Shown: positions 51,203 to 64,000 of the stretch, piece by piece | Layout of the letters: every line of letters starts with the position of its first letter | Numbering within the stretch: the first letter of the stretch is position 1 | Assembly: GCA_964016885.1 (NCBI GenBank) | Contig: OZ024756.1 | Coordinates: 30,132,001-30,196,000, forward strand | DNA length: 64,000 bases | Origin: Eledone cirrhosa | Taxonomy: Eukaryota | Direction: 5' to 3' | The notes under the pieces: generated by a model | The model's input: only the letters and a program-made list of their open reading frames with translations | Databases searched by the model: none | Told to the model about the DNA's origin: nothing | Translations under genes and position numbers: made by a program

Positions 51203-52031
51203 GTATGCAAACATATTTAAGCAACTAGTCAGGGATATAACATGTTTCCCTTTCTCCGGTTATCAGCCTTATTATTACTCCACAAACACCAATGTCATCG
51301 CTTGCAACGCAGAGAGGCTAAATACAATCAAAGACCATATTTTCTCTTTTAGCAGGACGTTAATATTTTAAATCCTCAACTAAACATTTTCATATCTAAT
51401 TTAGGAAAATACATATCAACAGACATATTAAATGGATCATGAAATCTTAATTTAAATGGCAGATATTCTATAAGCAATGCTGTCACTATAATGTCCATGG
51501 AGCAGCTGAGATATATCACCCTGGTTAAGGTATAAAGTTTTCCCATCTCCATTTCACTTATGCTTCTTCGTTGGTTCTTTTCATTTTCCTCGTTTTCCTT
51601 TATTTATGCTATTATGATATTGAATAAATAAATAATTAAATTCTATTGATTGTTTAAAGGCCAATTTCAGACATAAAATCCTAACCGATAGTGTAAATTA
51701 GTGTAAATATACGCAAAGATTTTAATTTAAATGGTAGACATTTTAATCACAAATTTCGGTCAGAAATATTGACAGACACAGTAAGTGGACCGTAATATTT
51801 TAATTTAAACAATAGACACTTTAAAGGCCTATTTCGAGAGATAAAAGACGAACAGTAGCAAGACTCTAGCAATCAATTGGTTGGCGGAATTATCGATTAC
51901 AAACTCTGTGTGTCATAGTATCTCACACTGTGTGGATTGAGTCGTTCGTGGTTCCGTTGATTATTTTTGTCTCAAATTCATGCTTAGTATGTCTGATACC
52001 AATCAAATAAAACTAAGAAAACAGAACTACT

Positions 52032-52109
<78 letters not shown>

Positions 52110-52263
52110 GATATGGGTGTGTGTGTGGGGGGGGGGAAGTGGGTGTTTCGGGGGGGGGGGCTGTAATAGTAGAACACTGGTGGGTTATATCCGTAGCAGT
52201 AGAGCACTCAGTCCATGGGACAATTGTTCTCGGTAATTCTGAACTAACCGTTGTGGAACTAGT

Positions 52264-52335
<72 letters not shown>

Positions 52336-52389
52336 TATATATATAATATATATATGTTTTATATATATATATATTTATACCATTATTTG

Positions 52390-52433
<44 letters not shown>

Positions 52434-52436
<3 letters not shown>

Positions 52437-52570
52437 GAAGGAAATGTGGTAAGGAACCAGGTGGACCATAACGCACCAAAGTACTCAATACTTAGGGTAG
52501 TAGAGTGGGTAATAGGAACAAGTAAGACCCCGACGGCTGAGCTCAAGCCGTCGGGGTCTTACTTGTTCCT
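52434..52570. mobile_element. PLE family A fold-back element with long flanking direct repeats
   Basis: Folds back at the palindromic stem III. A 63-bp core is duplicated at 52332-52394 and 52588-52650. Confidence 0.85.
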
Positions 52571-52645
52571 ATATATATATATATATATGCATATATATAT
52601 AATATATATATGTTTTATATATATATATATTTATACCATTATTTG

Positions 52646-52700
<55 letters not shown>

Positions 52701-53388
52701 TATATACAACATCGGTAGCGTGGAGAGGGAGGCTGGTGGTAAGCATGTGCAACTGCTTGTCTTCCACAAACAACCTTGCTCAAACATAAGCGTCGAAGGG
52801 GAAATTTCTAAGTGCAAATCCTATCATTATTTGTGACCGAAGGAGGTCTTTACCCTTCATCTATCAAAAAGGTGTTTGAGGACACAGGATGGATGAACAA
52901 TGCACTAGATACACAAAGAGAAATAATGGTTCTTAGTTGAGAAGGCCGATGAGAGGAAAGCTTTAAAACATGACTGGACCTTTGTTGACATTATAGGCAA
53001 TGTTTATGATTTAGCGACAGGGAGAGAATTGACACAAAGTATAAACAAGAATATCATTCTCACGAAATTTCTCAATCACTTCACATTCACACTCAATCTT
53101 ACAGAGAACCTTATACGTGCACTCACTCACCCTTTAATTCGTGAGTGCAATCGCGTTTTTACCCTTTCACTCTCTCACGAACCCACTAACTTCTATAACC
53201 TCACACTATCACATTCTCTCTCTCCCTTCCTTTATCGTACTCTTCTCTTATTCCACTCTGTATGTATGTATGTATGTATGTATGTATGTATGTATGTATG
53301 TATGTATGTATGTATAAAGAGTGAGAGAGAGATACTTACTTCCCTACCTCTATCTATCTATCAATCTCTCACTTTTTCTCTCTCTCTC

Positions 53389-53441
<53 letters not shown>

Positions 53442-53467
53442 TTACCTATCTATCTATCTACCACACG

Positions 53468-53539
53468 TTTTTATTGTATGTAAACTTCCCCCTTTGTATT
53501 TGTCCCCTTGTTTTGTGCCCCTGTGACTAATAAAGAAAC
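53468..53539 (+). mobile_element. 3' end of a related Tx1 subfamily in (TATC)n
   Basis: 'tgtaaacttccccctttgtatttgtcccc...gtgactaataaagaaaca-tatc' aligns with the Tx1 3' UTR end but is diverged. Confidence 0.75.
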
Positions 53540-53616
53540 ATATCTATCTACCTATCTACCTATCTAGCTATCTATCTATCTACACCTAATTATCTATCTA
53601 TCTATCGATCTACGTT

Positions 53617-54284
53617 GTGTGCGACGAGGAAACCGTTGCACACGCATTGGTACACTGCTCGGGCGTAGCCGATCTGTGGGGCTATGTCGAACAACTGCTG
53701 TCAAGGGTGGGACCGATCCGGTTGACCACCGAGTCTATTGTAATGATCAAGCCGCCTCCCCCCTTCAAAGATGAAGCAGAGGCGGTGTTTCTGTGCGTAA
53801 TAGCCATGGCGAAAGAGGTTGTATGGTGGACGCGTCTGAAAGGACTGAGGTCAGGCACCTTTCTCTCTGGCCAACAACTGGTCCGTTTCTTCCGTTATCA
53901 TTTCGGAAGAAGGATCAGGATGGAGAGAGAGGTGCTGCACCCCAGTCGTTTCTATGAAAGATGGGTGAAAGTGGCGAGAATGGCCCGTGTGAATGGGCCT
54001 TCACTCTACATCAGACTATAGGTGAGGAAGATGAAAGACCAAGGGAGCACCCCTTCTCTGTGCTCCTGAGGAGAAGGGTTGCACACTTTTTTCGGGGGTG
54101 TGTGCGACCCCCCAAGGCGCCTCCTCTCTATTGAGGATTTTGTTATAAATTTTATTTTTTGTTATATCTTATTTTATTTTTATATTTTGTTATTGCCTCC
54201 TCCTTATTGAGGACGCCTTTTTGTGTAAACTCCCCCCTTTGTACTTGTCCCACTTTTGATGCCCTAGTGGCAAATAAAAGAAAC
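53617..54284 (+). mobile_element. 5'-truncated Tx1 copy in (TATC)n
   Basis: Near-identical to 13346-14012. Confidence 0.95.
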
Positions 54285-54335
54285 ATATCTATCTATCTAT
54301 CTACCTACCTACCTATCTATCTATCTATCTACCTC

Positions 54336-54438
<103 letters not shown>

Positions 54439-55039
54439 CATCTATTTACCTACCCACCTATCTACCTGTCTATGTATTGTATGATCTGTATAAACCAAAA
54501 TGGAATACAATAAATCCAATTTTACATCTCGATAACCCTATGATCTCACTGATGCAAATAACCATATTTTCAATTTCTTTGTCTATTGTATGTTTGCAGT
54601 CGTTCATTTCTATATGTAATAGACCCATACACTCACATGGTGACAGTCATACAGACACATATACATAGTAATATATGGATAGATTCATACGCACAAATAC
54701 ATTCAAATACACACACACATATATGTATATTTACATACATATACATATATATATGTATATATGTATACATATATTATATATTTTATATATGCATAACTAC
54801 ACATACACCCGTCTATATACCTACATACACACGCACACACACACACACACATGTATATATATATTTAAATATGTATATATATATCTATCTATATACACAT
54901 GTATGTATATATACGTATACATATATATATATACATATATATATATATATTGTATATATGTATAACTTCACATACACTCATATGCATACCATATACACAC
55001 ATATATATGTAATTATGTATATATACATATTTACACATA

Positions 55040-55124
<85 letters not shown>

Positions 55125-55188
55125 TTATATGCGTATATATGTATATATGTATTATATATGTAGACATACATACATACATGCATACACG

Positions 55189-55270
<82 letters not shown>

Positions 55271-55621
55271 TGTGTGTGTGTATATATTTGTATGTATATA
55301 TATCTATATATCTATTTACATATATATCTATAAATGAAGAATATCTTTTTCAAACATATATTGAAAACACGACTGTACACTAGTAATCTTATTTTCCATC
55401 AAATCTTCATAAAATCTCCGTATTTGGTTTAGATCAAAGCAGTCTTAGATCCATAATCCTTTTACTGTTTCGAGATCTTCACAACCCTATCTTCAGAATA
55501 AGTATGGTAACAATAGTCAAGCTGTAATTATTGTAGAGGACTCTTGACAAATGTACCTTCCAGTGGTGAACTAGTAAAAAGACAATTGCGAGTAGAACCT
55601 ATTAAAGAAGCACACGCGCGT

Positions 55622-55653
<32 letters not shown>

Positions 55654-55659
55654 GGAAAA

Positions 55660-55976
55660 GAATGAAACGAAATTTCATTTCTCACTCTTAGTACGGCTGA
55701 TACTTAAATGTAAGTATGTATTTATACGTACATACATATATGTATACAGACGTACAGTAGTATGTATATATATACATACATGCACACACATATATATATA
55801 TGTACGTATACCGAACGTATACATTTATTATAATGTTCGGTTTGTTTGTAAACAAACAAACAGCCCGAATTACTCCGTACAGTGTTCAGACAACCATCGT
55901 CGCCTTTTTGTTCAACACTGACACAGGAACGATGTACTAGCTTCAAGCTTATTAGCTATCGTCAGCATCGTATACC
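55660..55976 (-). mobile_element. PLE family C copy with hammerhead (55929-55971, GAAA mutated to GAAG)
   Basis: Minus strand: acgatg-CTGACGA-t-agct-aata-agct-t-GAAG-ctag-TA-catcgt. Homologous to 4172-4605. Confidence 0.75.
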
Positions 55977-56087
55977 TTCCTGCCAGATGATTGAACGTCT
56001 GAAAGTATATACTTTCCTTATGCATATTAACGGCTCAGCAGCCTAATTTGCATATTGAGTGAGTTAATCGGCCGGGCGCACCGAAAA

Positions 56088-56120
<33 letters not shown>

Positions 56121-56123
<3 letters not shown>

Positions 56124-56592
56124 GTTTGTATATGTATAATAAAGCCAAAACAATGCAGGTATGGATATAGAATAAAGAATGCAAATGCAAAAGATATTGT
56201 TGACAATTAGTCTTTTACCTTAGATTTATTTAAATGTCCTTAATTTTCGAGATAATATCTCTTCTTCGGAGGGAAGTAAAGCGGTTAAACCAGTGTTCTA
56301 AATAGCTTGCCAAGTCATGCTGACAGGAAATGGTATAGAGTATCGGATAATATCTCTTCCCTCCAAAGAAGAGATATTATCTCGAAAATTAAGGACATTT
56401 AAATAAATCTAAGGTAAAAGACTAATTGTCAACAATATCTTTTCATTCTTATTTCTTTATTCTATGTCCATACCTGCATTGTTTTGGCTTTATTATACAT
56501 ATACAAACGTTGTATGCAAGTTTATTTATGGAGAACTGAAATGTTATTGACCGAATTATTAATAATAGGAAATATGACGTTATATTTCTCCT
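56121..56592. mobile_element. PLE family E fold-back element (arms 56121-56276 / 56357-56511, tail 56512-56592)
   Basis: ~155-bp inverted arms. Hammerhead-like 'cct-CCGAAGA-a-gagat-att-atctc-GAAA-at-TA-agg' lies at the inner end of the arms. Confidence 0.7.
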
Positions 56593-56663
<71 letters not shown>

Positions 56664-56676
56664 TTACTACTACTAG

Positions 56677-56708
<32 letters not shown>

Positions 56709-56769
56709 TTGCTGTTACTGTTGCTGTTACTGTTGCTACTACGTCTACTACTACTACTACAAATGTATG

Positions 56770-56866
<97 letters not shown>

Positions 56867-56980
56867 GCAACCACGAGAGAACAATAATAGCAACAACTGC
56901 AACAGTAACAACAACACCAACCGCAGTAACAATAGATGTTATTATGCATGTATTGTCATAGAGAGAGAGAGAGAGAGTGA

Positions 56981-57034
<54 letters not shown>

Positions 57035-58039
57035 AAGAGGAATGAGATAGTGCGAGAGACAGGGAGAGAGCAAGTTTAAAGCCCAGTAGTTTTAATTGTG
57101 TTTTAGTTGAGAAAATCTCAAGATAGTTTCATTGTTCAAAATATGCAACGATATCGTAAATCAACATTTCTCCTGTCGTCTTTAGAAAATCTCCAATGGA
57201 GTTTTTTTCGTTTTGTTCCCTCTTTTTTTCTTGACCTTGGTTCATTCATTTATTAATTCGTTAAATATCTTCCATCATTCTATTTTTTTGTTCAATCTTT
57301 ATATTCGTTTATTCCTTTGTTCTTTGAAAAATCTTTTAAAACCTTTATTTTTGTTTGTTTTTCATTTTTAATGGCTTCAGTTGATTCATTCCTTAATTCG
57401 CTCGTTATTTCATTCTTTTAATCTTTCATTCTTTGTGCTTTCCTTGCATTCTTTCAAAATTTCTTCAAATCGACGTTGTAAAAACATCTGTTAGAATTCA
57501 CCCCCACCATTTTTTTTGGTCGCAGTTGATTCATTCGTTAATTCGATCATTCTTTAATTTCTCAATCCTTCCATTCCACCCTTAATTTTTCAGGTCCTCT
57601 TTGTAATACCTTGATTGAACATTTTCTTTTCCGTTAATTGGGGGGGGGGGGGGGGGGGTGGGGGGGGCTGTTCAGTTCAAATATTCGTTCCTTATATTCT
57701 TTCATTCTGGCATTCGTTTGTTCAATCTTCTGTTTGCCTTTTTGTTCATTAACCACTACAATCACTATAATACAATCACCATCATCATCATCACCCCCAC
57801 TATCATCATCATCATCGTCTTCGTCATCATCATCATTATCTCATCATCATCATCATCAACCAGCACCACCATCAACATTACCACGTCCATCATCACCACC
57901 GTTTCTACTACCAATATCACCATCTCCATCACCAATATTACTTCCTTTTTTAAGGAAACCATCGAGACACTCTCCGAAGTCCTTTTCAGGTTTCCTCTTC
58001 CGGTTCCCTCATTGGTCCTAGAGCTGTCGTAATGAAGCA

Positions 58040-58310
58040 CAAGATAACTAAATACTGGGCTCCGACTAGCCACTTTCTTGTCGATCAGGTCACCCCCGAG
58101 ACCTTAAACTGTCAGCAAGAAGTGCAAGATAACTAAATACTGGGCTCCGACTAGCCACTTTCTTGTCGATCAGGTCACCCCCGAGGCCTTAAACTGTCAG
58201 CAAGAAGTGCAAGATAACTAAATACTGGGCTCCGACTAGCCCCTTTCTTGTCGATCAGGTCACCCCCGAGACCTTAAACTGTCAGCAAGAAGTACAAGAT
58301 AACTAAATAC
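58040..58310. repeat. 85-bp tandem repeat x3.2
   Basis: 'caagataactaaatac...' at 58040, 58125, 58210 and 58295; near-identical units with no spacers. Confidence 0.95.
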
Positions 58311-58662
58311 CAGTCTTTGACAAACCGTTTCCCTTTTGTTCTCTGTTGAACCATCGAAACCTTCTCTGGTGTCTTCATCTCTTCCAGGACCATCATCGTT
58401 TTTTTATGCTATAAAGGGATGAGAGTTTTCTGTTTAACTAAAAGGCTCGTGATGTGGAATGGCTGATGTAGTGGTTGTGGCTGGGTGTTTTCGGCGGCAA
58501 TAATTTCTGCATCTTGCGCACTGAAGGCTGGCTACAGCTGAGATAGTCAACCTAACCAAGGAGATAGAGTTTCATTCTCTCCTGGCTCCGACATCTTTAT
58601 TTATTTTCTGCCTTCCTTTTTTCTCGAAATGCTGTTGTGTCTAAATCAGTTGAAATATATTA

Positions 58663-59420
58663 TCCCCGCCGAGGTTAACTTTGCCTTTCATCCTTACGGG
58701 GTCGATAAAATAAAGTACCAGTAATGTACAGGGTAATTGCAGGCCTTGTGCTAAAAAGTAGAAACAATTATTAAACTTGGATTGTCAGTATCGGTAGAAG
58801 GTCGGACGTCATGCTTTGCGGCATAGAGTTACGGACCTTTATGATCTGAGTTCAAATTCCGCCGAGGTTAACTTTGCCTTTCATCATTACGGAGTCGATA
58901 AAATAAAGTACCAGTAACGTATTGAGGTCGATTTAATCGATTTTCCCCTCCCCCAAATTGCTGGCCTTGTGCTTATATAAGAAACATTATTAAACTTGGA
59001 TTGGCAGTATCGGTAGAAGATCGGACATCTTGCGTTGCAGCAAAGAGTTACGCCCTTTTACGGTCTGAGTTCAAATCCCGCTGAGCTTAACTTTGCCTTT
59101 TATCCTTACTGTGTCAATAAAATAAAGTACCAGTCACGCACTGGGATTGTTTAATCAACTTTCCTCTCACCTCAAATTGTTGGCCTTTGTCTAAATCAGT
59201 TAAAATATATTATCATTATCAAACTTAATGGCGGTGGATTGGCAGTATCGGTAGAGGGTCGGACGCCATTCTTTGCAGCACAGTTACGTCCCTTTACGGA
59301 CTGAGTTCAAATCCCGCCGAGGTTAACTTTCCCTTTCATCCTTACCGGGTCGATAAAATAAAAGTACCAGTAATACACTGTAATAATTGCTGGCCTTGTG
59401 CCAAAAAGTAGAAACAATTA
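58663..59420 (+). mobile_element. Array of four SINE copies
   Basis: Units at ~58663-58770, 58779-58988, 58998-59197 and 59230-59420, joined by a shared 'aaactt' linker. Confidence 0.9.
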
Positions 59421-59912
59421 TCAAACTTAATATTTTAATTTTTCTTTATCTTTTTCGTAGATTCTATTGTTTGTTTTTGTTTGCTATTTTTCCTAAATTA
59501 TTGTTTCCTTTAAATTGAAATTTAGCCTGCAATTACGGAAAAGAAGGAAGATAGGAAAAATATATATTATATTTTACAGTAATGTCATATTGAGGCGTTG
59601 TTTTGACATAAATCAATGGAAAGTTGTAATTTTTGAAGCCTGCAGCTATATTGCTAAAGGCGGATCTACGGGTGGTGGTGGGAGGAGGTGGTGTATTGAG
59701 AGGAGAAGGCGGAAGGGGAGGAAGAAGAGGTGATGGAGGAGGAGGAGACGGGGAGAAATGTAAAAAACATCGGTTGCTTCGGTAATAAATCCTCTTCTCT
59801 GCCTGATCTCTCTTTCTCTATCTCCATCTATCTGAATCACAATCTCTGTCTCTCTCTCTCACATCTCTCTCTCTATCTGTTTGTCTGCCACACACACACA
59901 CACACACACACA

Positions 59913-60011
<99 letters not shown>

Positions 60012-60298
60012 GTCAGTGACTCTGTATGTCAGATTGTCTGTTTCTCAGTGTTTCTCAATAAATATAATCCTAACCCTAACCCTAGACATAAACGCGCCGC
60101 ACACATATCTGTGAAGTCGTGAGTCATGTCATTACCGAATACACAGTTATCAATAGGAATAAGTACAGTGTACAGCCAATTCTAGCCCAGACGGTACCTT
60201 TCAATCTAAAAACCTCAAAACCTCACAACCTCGCAACCTCACCATTCCGCCACCCCGGTAGCTCAAAAGCTGATTTACTGGGAGGATTCGAACATCGC

Positions 60299-60840
60299 CA
60301 GGGGCGTGCAACTGGCGGCCTGTGGGCCACAATCCGGCCCACCAGACCAGTCAGAGTGGCCCGCTATGACCGTTTGTAATTTTAACCTTGTAGGCTGATT
60401 TAGAATTTTTTTCTTAACCATAATAAAATTTTCTGTTAGTTGACCTATACTAAAGGGCTTCATTGATAGTGTTATGTGTGTTATAATTTCCCAGTTCTAT
60501 GTTATGGAAAGAATTGTGGTGAATCTTTGGAATAGTTCTTAATAAATATTAATGGCCCCAATAGCTGTTCTGATAGGGTTATGTGTGTTATAATTTCCCA
60601 TTTCCATATTATGGAAAGAAGTTGTGGCGAATCTTTGGAATAGTTCTTAATAAATATTAATGGCCCCAATAGCTGTTCTGATAGGGTTATGTGTGTTATA
60701 ATTTCCCAGTTCCACGTTATGGAAAGAAGTTGTGGTGAATCTTTGGAATAGTGCTTAATAAACATTAATGGCCCTAGTAGTTGTTCCAATGTTCAAAAGT
60801 GGCCCGCCAATGGAATATTATAATATGTTGCCCACCCCTG
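60299..60840. mobile_element. hAT (Charlie-like) non-autonomous element containing a ~108-bp tandem repeat x3
   Basis: TIRs caggggcgtgcaac / gttgcccacccctg, subterminal 'ggcc(c)' motifs, internal units at ~60464, 60571 and 60679. No 8-bp TSD recovered. Confidence 0.65.
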
Positions 60841-62184
60841 GTTTAGAAGAACGTGTATGACCTTTTACTTTTCTTTGTCCCGTATGGATTTGGCGAGCGA
60901 GGACGAATGTAGCTTTAGAGATGATATTTGCTTGCGTTCGTGAACAGCTTTAGTTTGTTTTAAATGTATTTACTTTCAAGTTATGGCAATTAATTAACGG
61001 TCTTAGTTAATTATATATAATTGTTTACTTTGTCGTTTTCTGTCAACTGCGTCTCCAGAATGTAAACATTAGAAAGAATATGACAATCAAGCCTTTTATT
61101 TTCATTTCAATAGAAACTATTTACATATTTATTAGTCAAAATACATTATTCACCCAAGTCAGGTGCGTCAAGGCGTGGAATGAATTCCCAGTTCCACATT
61201 ATGTACTTGTACAGTTGATTGTAGCTCTGATATTCAGGACTATCGGAGGGTTTTTTGCTGTTCCCAGCAAGCATGCCCTTTGAAGGGATACAACAAAAAA
61301 AAACAAAAAACAAAAAAAAAACAAAACAAAAAAAAGGGGCTGGACTAATGTGTCACACTGAATCTCATTGATAGTTAGGTTCAGGGTACACAAAAACGTG
61401 TTTGTAGAAATACTTAATCATAATAAAGTTGTAGTCAAATACTTGGTTTGGTTTCATCTACTGATTCACCCCAGTCCAAATTGATGGCTTTGTGTCTATT
61501 GTGTAAATTGGAAGAATTATGAATTACAAGGATAAATATCTTGGCGAAGATGAAGCATATTAAGACACAGATAGAAATTAGGTCGGTAGGAAGAGAGAGA
61601 GAAGATATATAGAGAGAAAAGATGAGAGAGAGAGAGGAGAAAGAGAGAGATTAGAGACAGGGAGGAGAGAGAGAGGAGAGAGAGGAAATAGAGAGGAGAG
61701 AGAGAGTAGAGAGAGGAGAGAGAGGAAATAGAGAGGAGAGAGAGAGGAGATAGAGAGAAGAGAGAGGAAATAGAGAGGAGAGAGAGGAATAGAGAGGAGA
61801 GAGAGAGGAGAGAGAGAGAGGAAATAGAGAGGAGAGAGAGAGTAGAGAGAGGAGAGAGAGGAAAGAGGGAGGAGATAGAGAGGAGAGAGTAGAGAGAGGA
61901 GAGAGAGGAAATAGAAAGGATTGAGAGAGTAGAGAGAGGAGAGAGAGGAAATAGAGAGGAGAGAGAGAGTAGAGAGAGGAGAGAGAGGAAAGAGGGAGGA
62001 AATAGAGAGGAGAGGAGAGAGAGAGAGAGAGAGAGAGAGAAAGGGGAAAGAGTGAGACAGAGAGAGAGAGTGAAAGAGTGGAAGAATGGGGGGGGGGGAG
62101 GAGAGTGGGGGAGCTAGAAAGAAGAGGAAGAAGAGAAAGATATTTAGAATACAGTTCAATTGTTAATATGGACGTTTACATATG

Positions 62185-62762
62185 TGTGTATGTGTGGGTG
62201 TGTCAGAGTGTGTATGTGTGGGTGTGTCAGAGTGTGTATGTGTGGGTGTGTCAGAGTGTGTATGTGTGGGTGTGTCAGAGTGTGTATGTGTGGGTGTGTC
62301 AGAGTGTGTATGTGTGGGTGTGTCAGAATGTGTATGTGTGGGTGTGTCAGAGTGTGTATGTGTGGGTGTGTCAGAGTGTGTATGTGTGGGTGTGTCAGAG
62401 TGTGTATGTGTGGGTGTGTCAGAATGTGTATGTGTGGGTGTGTCAGAGTGTGTATGTGTGGGTGTGTCAGAGTGTGTATGTGTGGGTGTGTCAGAGTGTG
62501 TATGTGTGGGTGTGTCAGAGTGTGTATGTGTGGGTGTGTCAGAGTGTGTATGTGTGGGTGTGTCAGAGTGTGTATGTGTGGGTGTGTCAGAATGTGTATG
62601 TGTGGGTGTGTCAGAGTGTGTATGTGTGGGTGTGTCAGAGTGTGTATGTGTGGGTGTGTCAGAGTGTGTATGTGTGGGTGTGTCAGAGTGTGTATGTGTG
62701 GGTGTATCAGAGTGTGTATGTGTGGGTGTCAGAGTGTGTATGTGTGGGTGTATCAGAGTGTG
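62185..62762. repeat. 24-bp minisatellite (GTGTGTATGTGTGGGTGTGTCAGA)n
   Basis: Direct reading, period 24. Confidence 0.95.
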
Positions 62763-63216
62763 TATTTATGTGTATGTGTATGTATGTGTGAGTGTTTCAT
62801 ATTGTGTATGTTTATGTATGTGTGTGTATGTGTGTGTATGTATGTGTGTGTATGTGTATGTATGTGTGGATGTATCATGTTGTGTATGTTTCTGTATGTA
62901 TATATGTCTATATATATATGGGTGTGCCGGAGTGTGTATGTGTATGTATGTTTCTGTATGTGTATGTGTATGTTTATGTATGTATGTGTATGTATGTGTA
63001 TGTATGTATGTGTATATATGTTTGTGTATGTATGTATGTGTGTGTATGTGTATGTATGTGTATGTATGTGTATGTATGTTTGAAAGCTTTGCACCAGATG
63101 ACAGTTGGAAATGAGAAAGGAAACGAGGCTATATCTATTCAGGTATGAACCTATATTTCTTTGTATGTATGTATATATGTATATATGTATATATGTATGT
63201 ATATATTCATGTACAC

Positions 63217-63261
<45 letters not shown>

Positions 63262-63393
63262 TATGTGTGAGTACGTTTGTGTATTTACATTGTTTTAGGA
63301 TTTTAGTTTACCTTTCATCAGCAATTTTATAGACTCAAACAATGACGCTATCTCTACCCCCCCCCGTCCACCCTCTCTCTCTAAACACACACT

Positions 63394-63480
<87 letters not shown>

Positions 63481-63529
63481 GTATAATATATTTATGTCTG
63501 TGAAAATATCTGTGTACATGTATATATAC

Positions 63530-63603
<74 letters not shown>

Positions 63604-63606
<3 letters not shown>

Positions 63607-63741
63607 AACGAGTAGGGTCCCCGACGGCTGAGCTCAAACCGTCGGGGTCCTACTCGTTCCTATTACCCACTCTACTACCCTAAGTATTGAGTACTTTGGT
63701 GCGTTATGGTCCACCTGGTTCCTTACCACATTTCCTACGTT
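63604..63741. mobile_element. PLE family A fold-back element; additional stub at 63881-63904
   Basis: Short arm aggaacgagtagggtccccgacgg folds back at stem III into the long arm ending ttcctacgtt, in (TA)n. Confidence 0.85.
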
Positions 63742-63847
63742 ATATATATATATATATATATACATATATACATATATACATACATATATACATAATATAT
63801 CTCTCTATCTATCTATCTTTCTTTATCGCTCTCTCCTCCTGTCTCCT

Positions 63848-63878
<31 letters not shown>

Positions 63879-63908
63879 TTGCCGTCGGGGTCCTACTCGT
63901 TCCTATAC

Positions 63909-63941
<33 letters not shown>

Positions 63942-64000
63942 CATATATATATATATACATATACAAATATATGCACACTGATGCGACTAACACCCTACCC

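Noticed and set aside
51147-51224. N-terminus of the 834-aa ORF as a real start
   Set aside because: Derived from the flanking (TATG)n; the element is 5'-truncated and lacks the APE domain.
55985-56025. CAGATGA...GAAAgtatatacTT hammerhead-like motif
   Set aside because: Core U4 mutated, weak stem II, no stem I.
57235-57600. Degenerate ~143-bp periodic repeat (similar decayed repeats at 48075-48370 and 51420-51840)
   Set aside because: Too diverged to define units or origin by eye.
58040-58310. CRISPR-like array (also 40040-40275 and 60464-60790)
   Set aside because: Contiguous tandem units without unique spacers, no cas genes, eukaryotic context.
60066-60084. Telomeric (CCCTAA)n
   Set aside because: Only about 2-3 units, internal.

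Overview
Eukaryotic, extremely microsatellite-rich DNA. The SINE family and repeat landscape suggest a coleoid cephalopod, probably Octopus; this is an inference. No host protein-coding gene could be supported, and nearly all short ORFs in the track are microsatellite artefacts. The real content is a retroelement community. (1) A Tx1/L1-clade LINE with an intact APE-RT-CCHC ORF2 (9887-14012), plus two copies 5'-truncated at nearly the same base, all embedded in (TATC)n. (2) A 5'-truncated RTE LINE with an uninterrupted RT and three C-terminal C2H2 fingers (48471-51146, minus), embedded in (CATA)n. (3) Restriction-like-endonuclease (R4/Dong-type) LINE 3' ends in (CATA)n. (4) At least six Penelope-like element (PLE) families, mostly in (TA)n, seen as RT/GIY-YIG relics and as short fold-back inverted repeats carrying type I hammerhead ribozymes, with a recurring ~70-85 nt unpaired tail. 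(5) About 20 copies of a tRNA-derived SINE, often in tandem or inverted arrays. There are also mariner and hAT MITE relics and several minisatellites with higher-order structure. The most notable signals are the hammerhead/PLE fold-back architecture, a recurrent non-canonical U.U pair at the base of hammerhead stem II, and the partitioning of retroelement classes by microsatellite motif.
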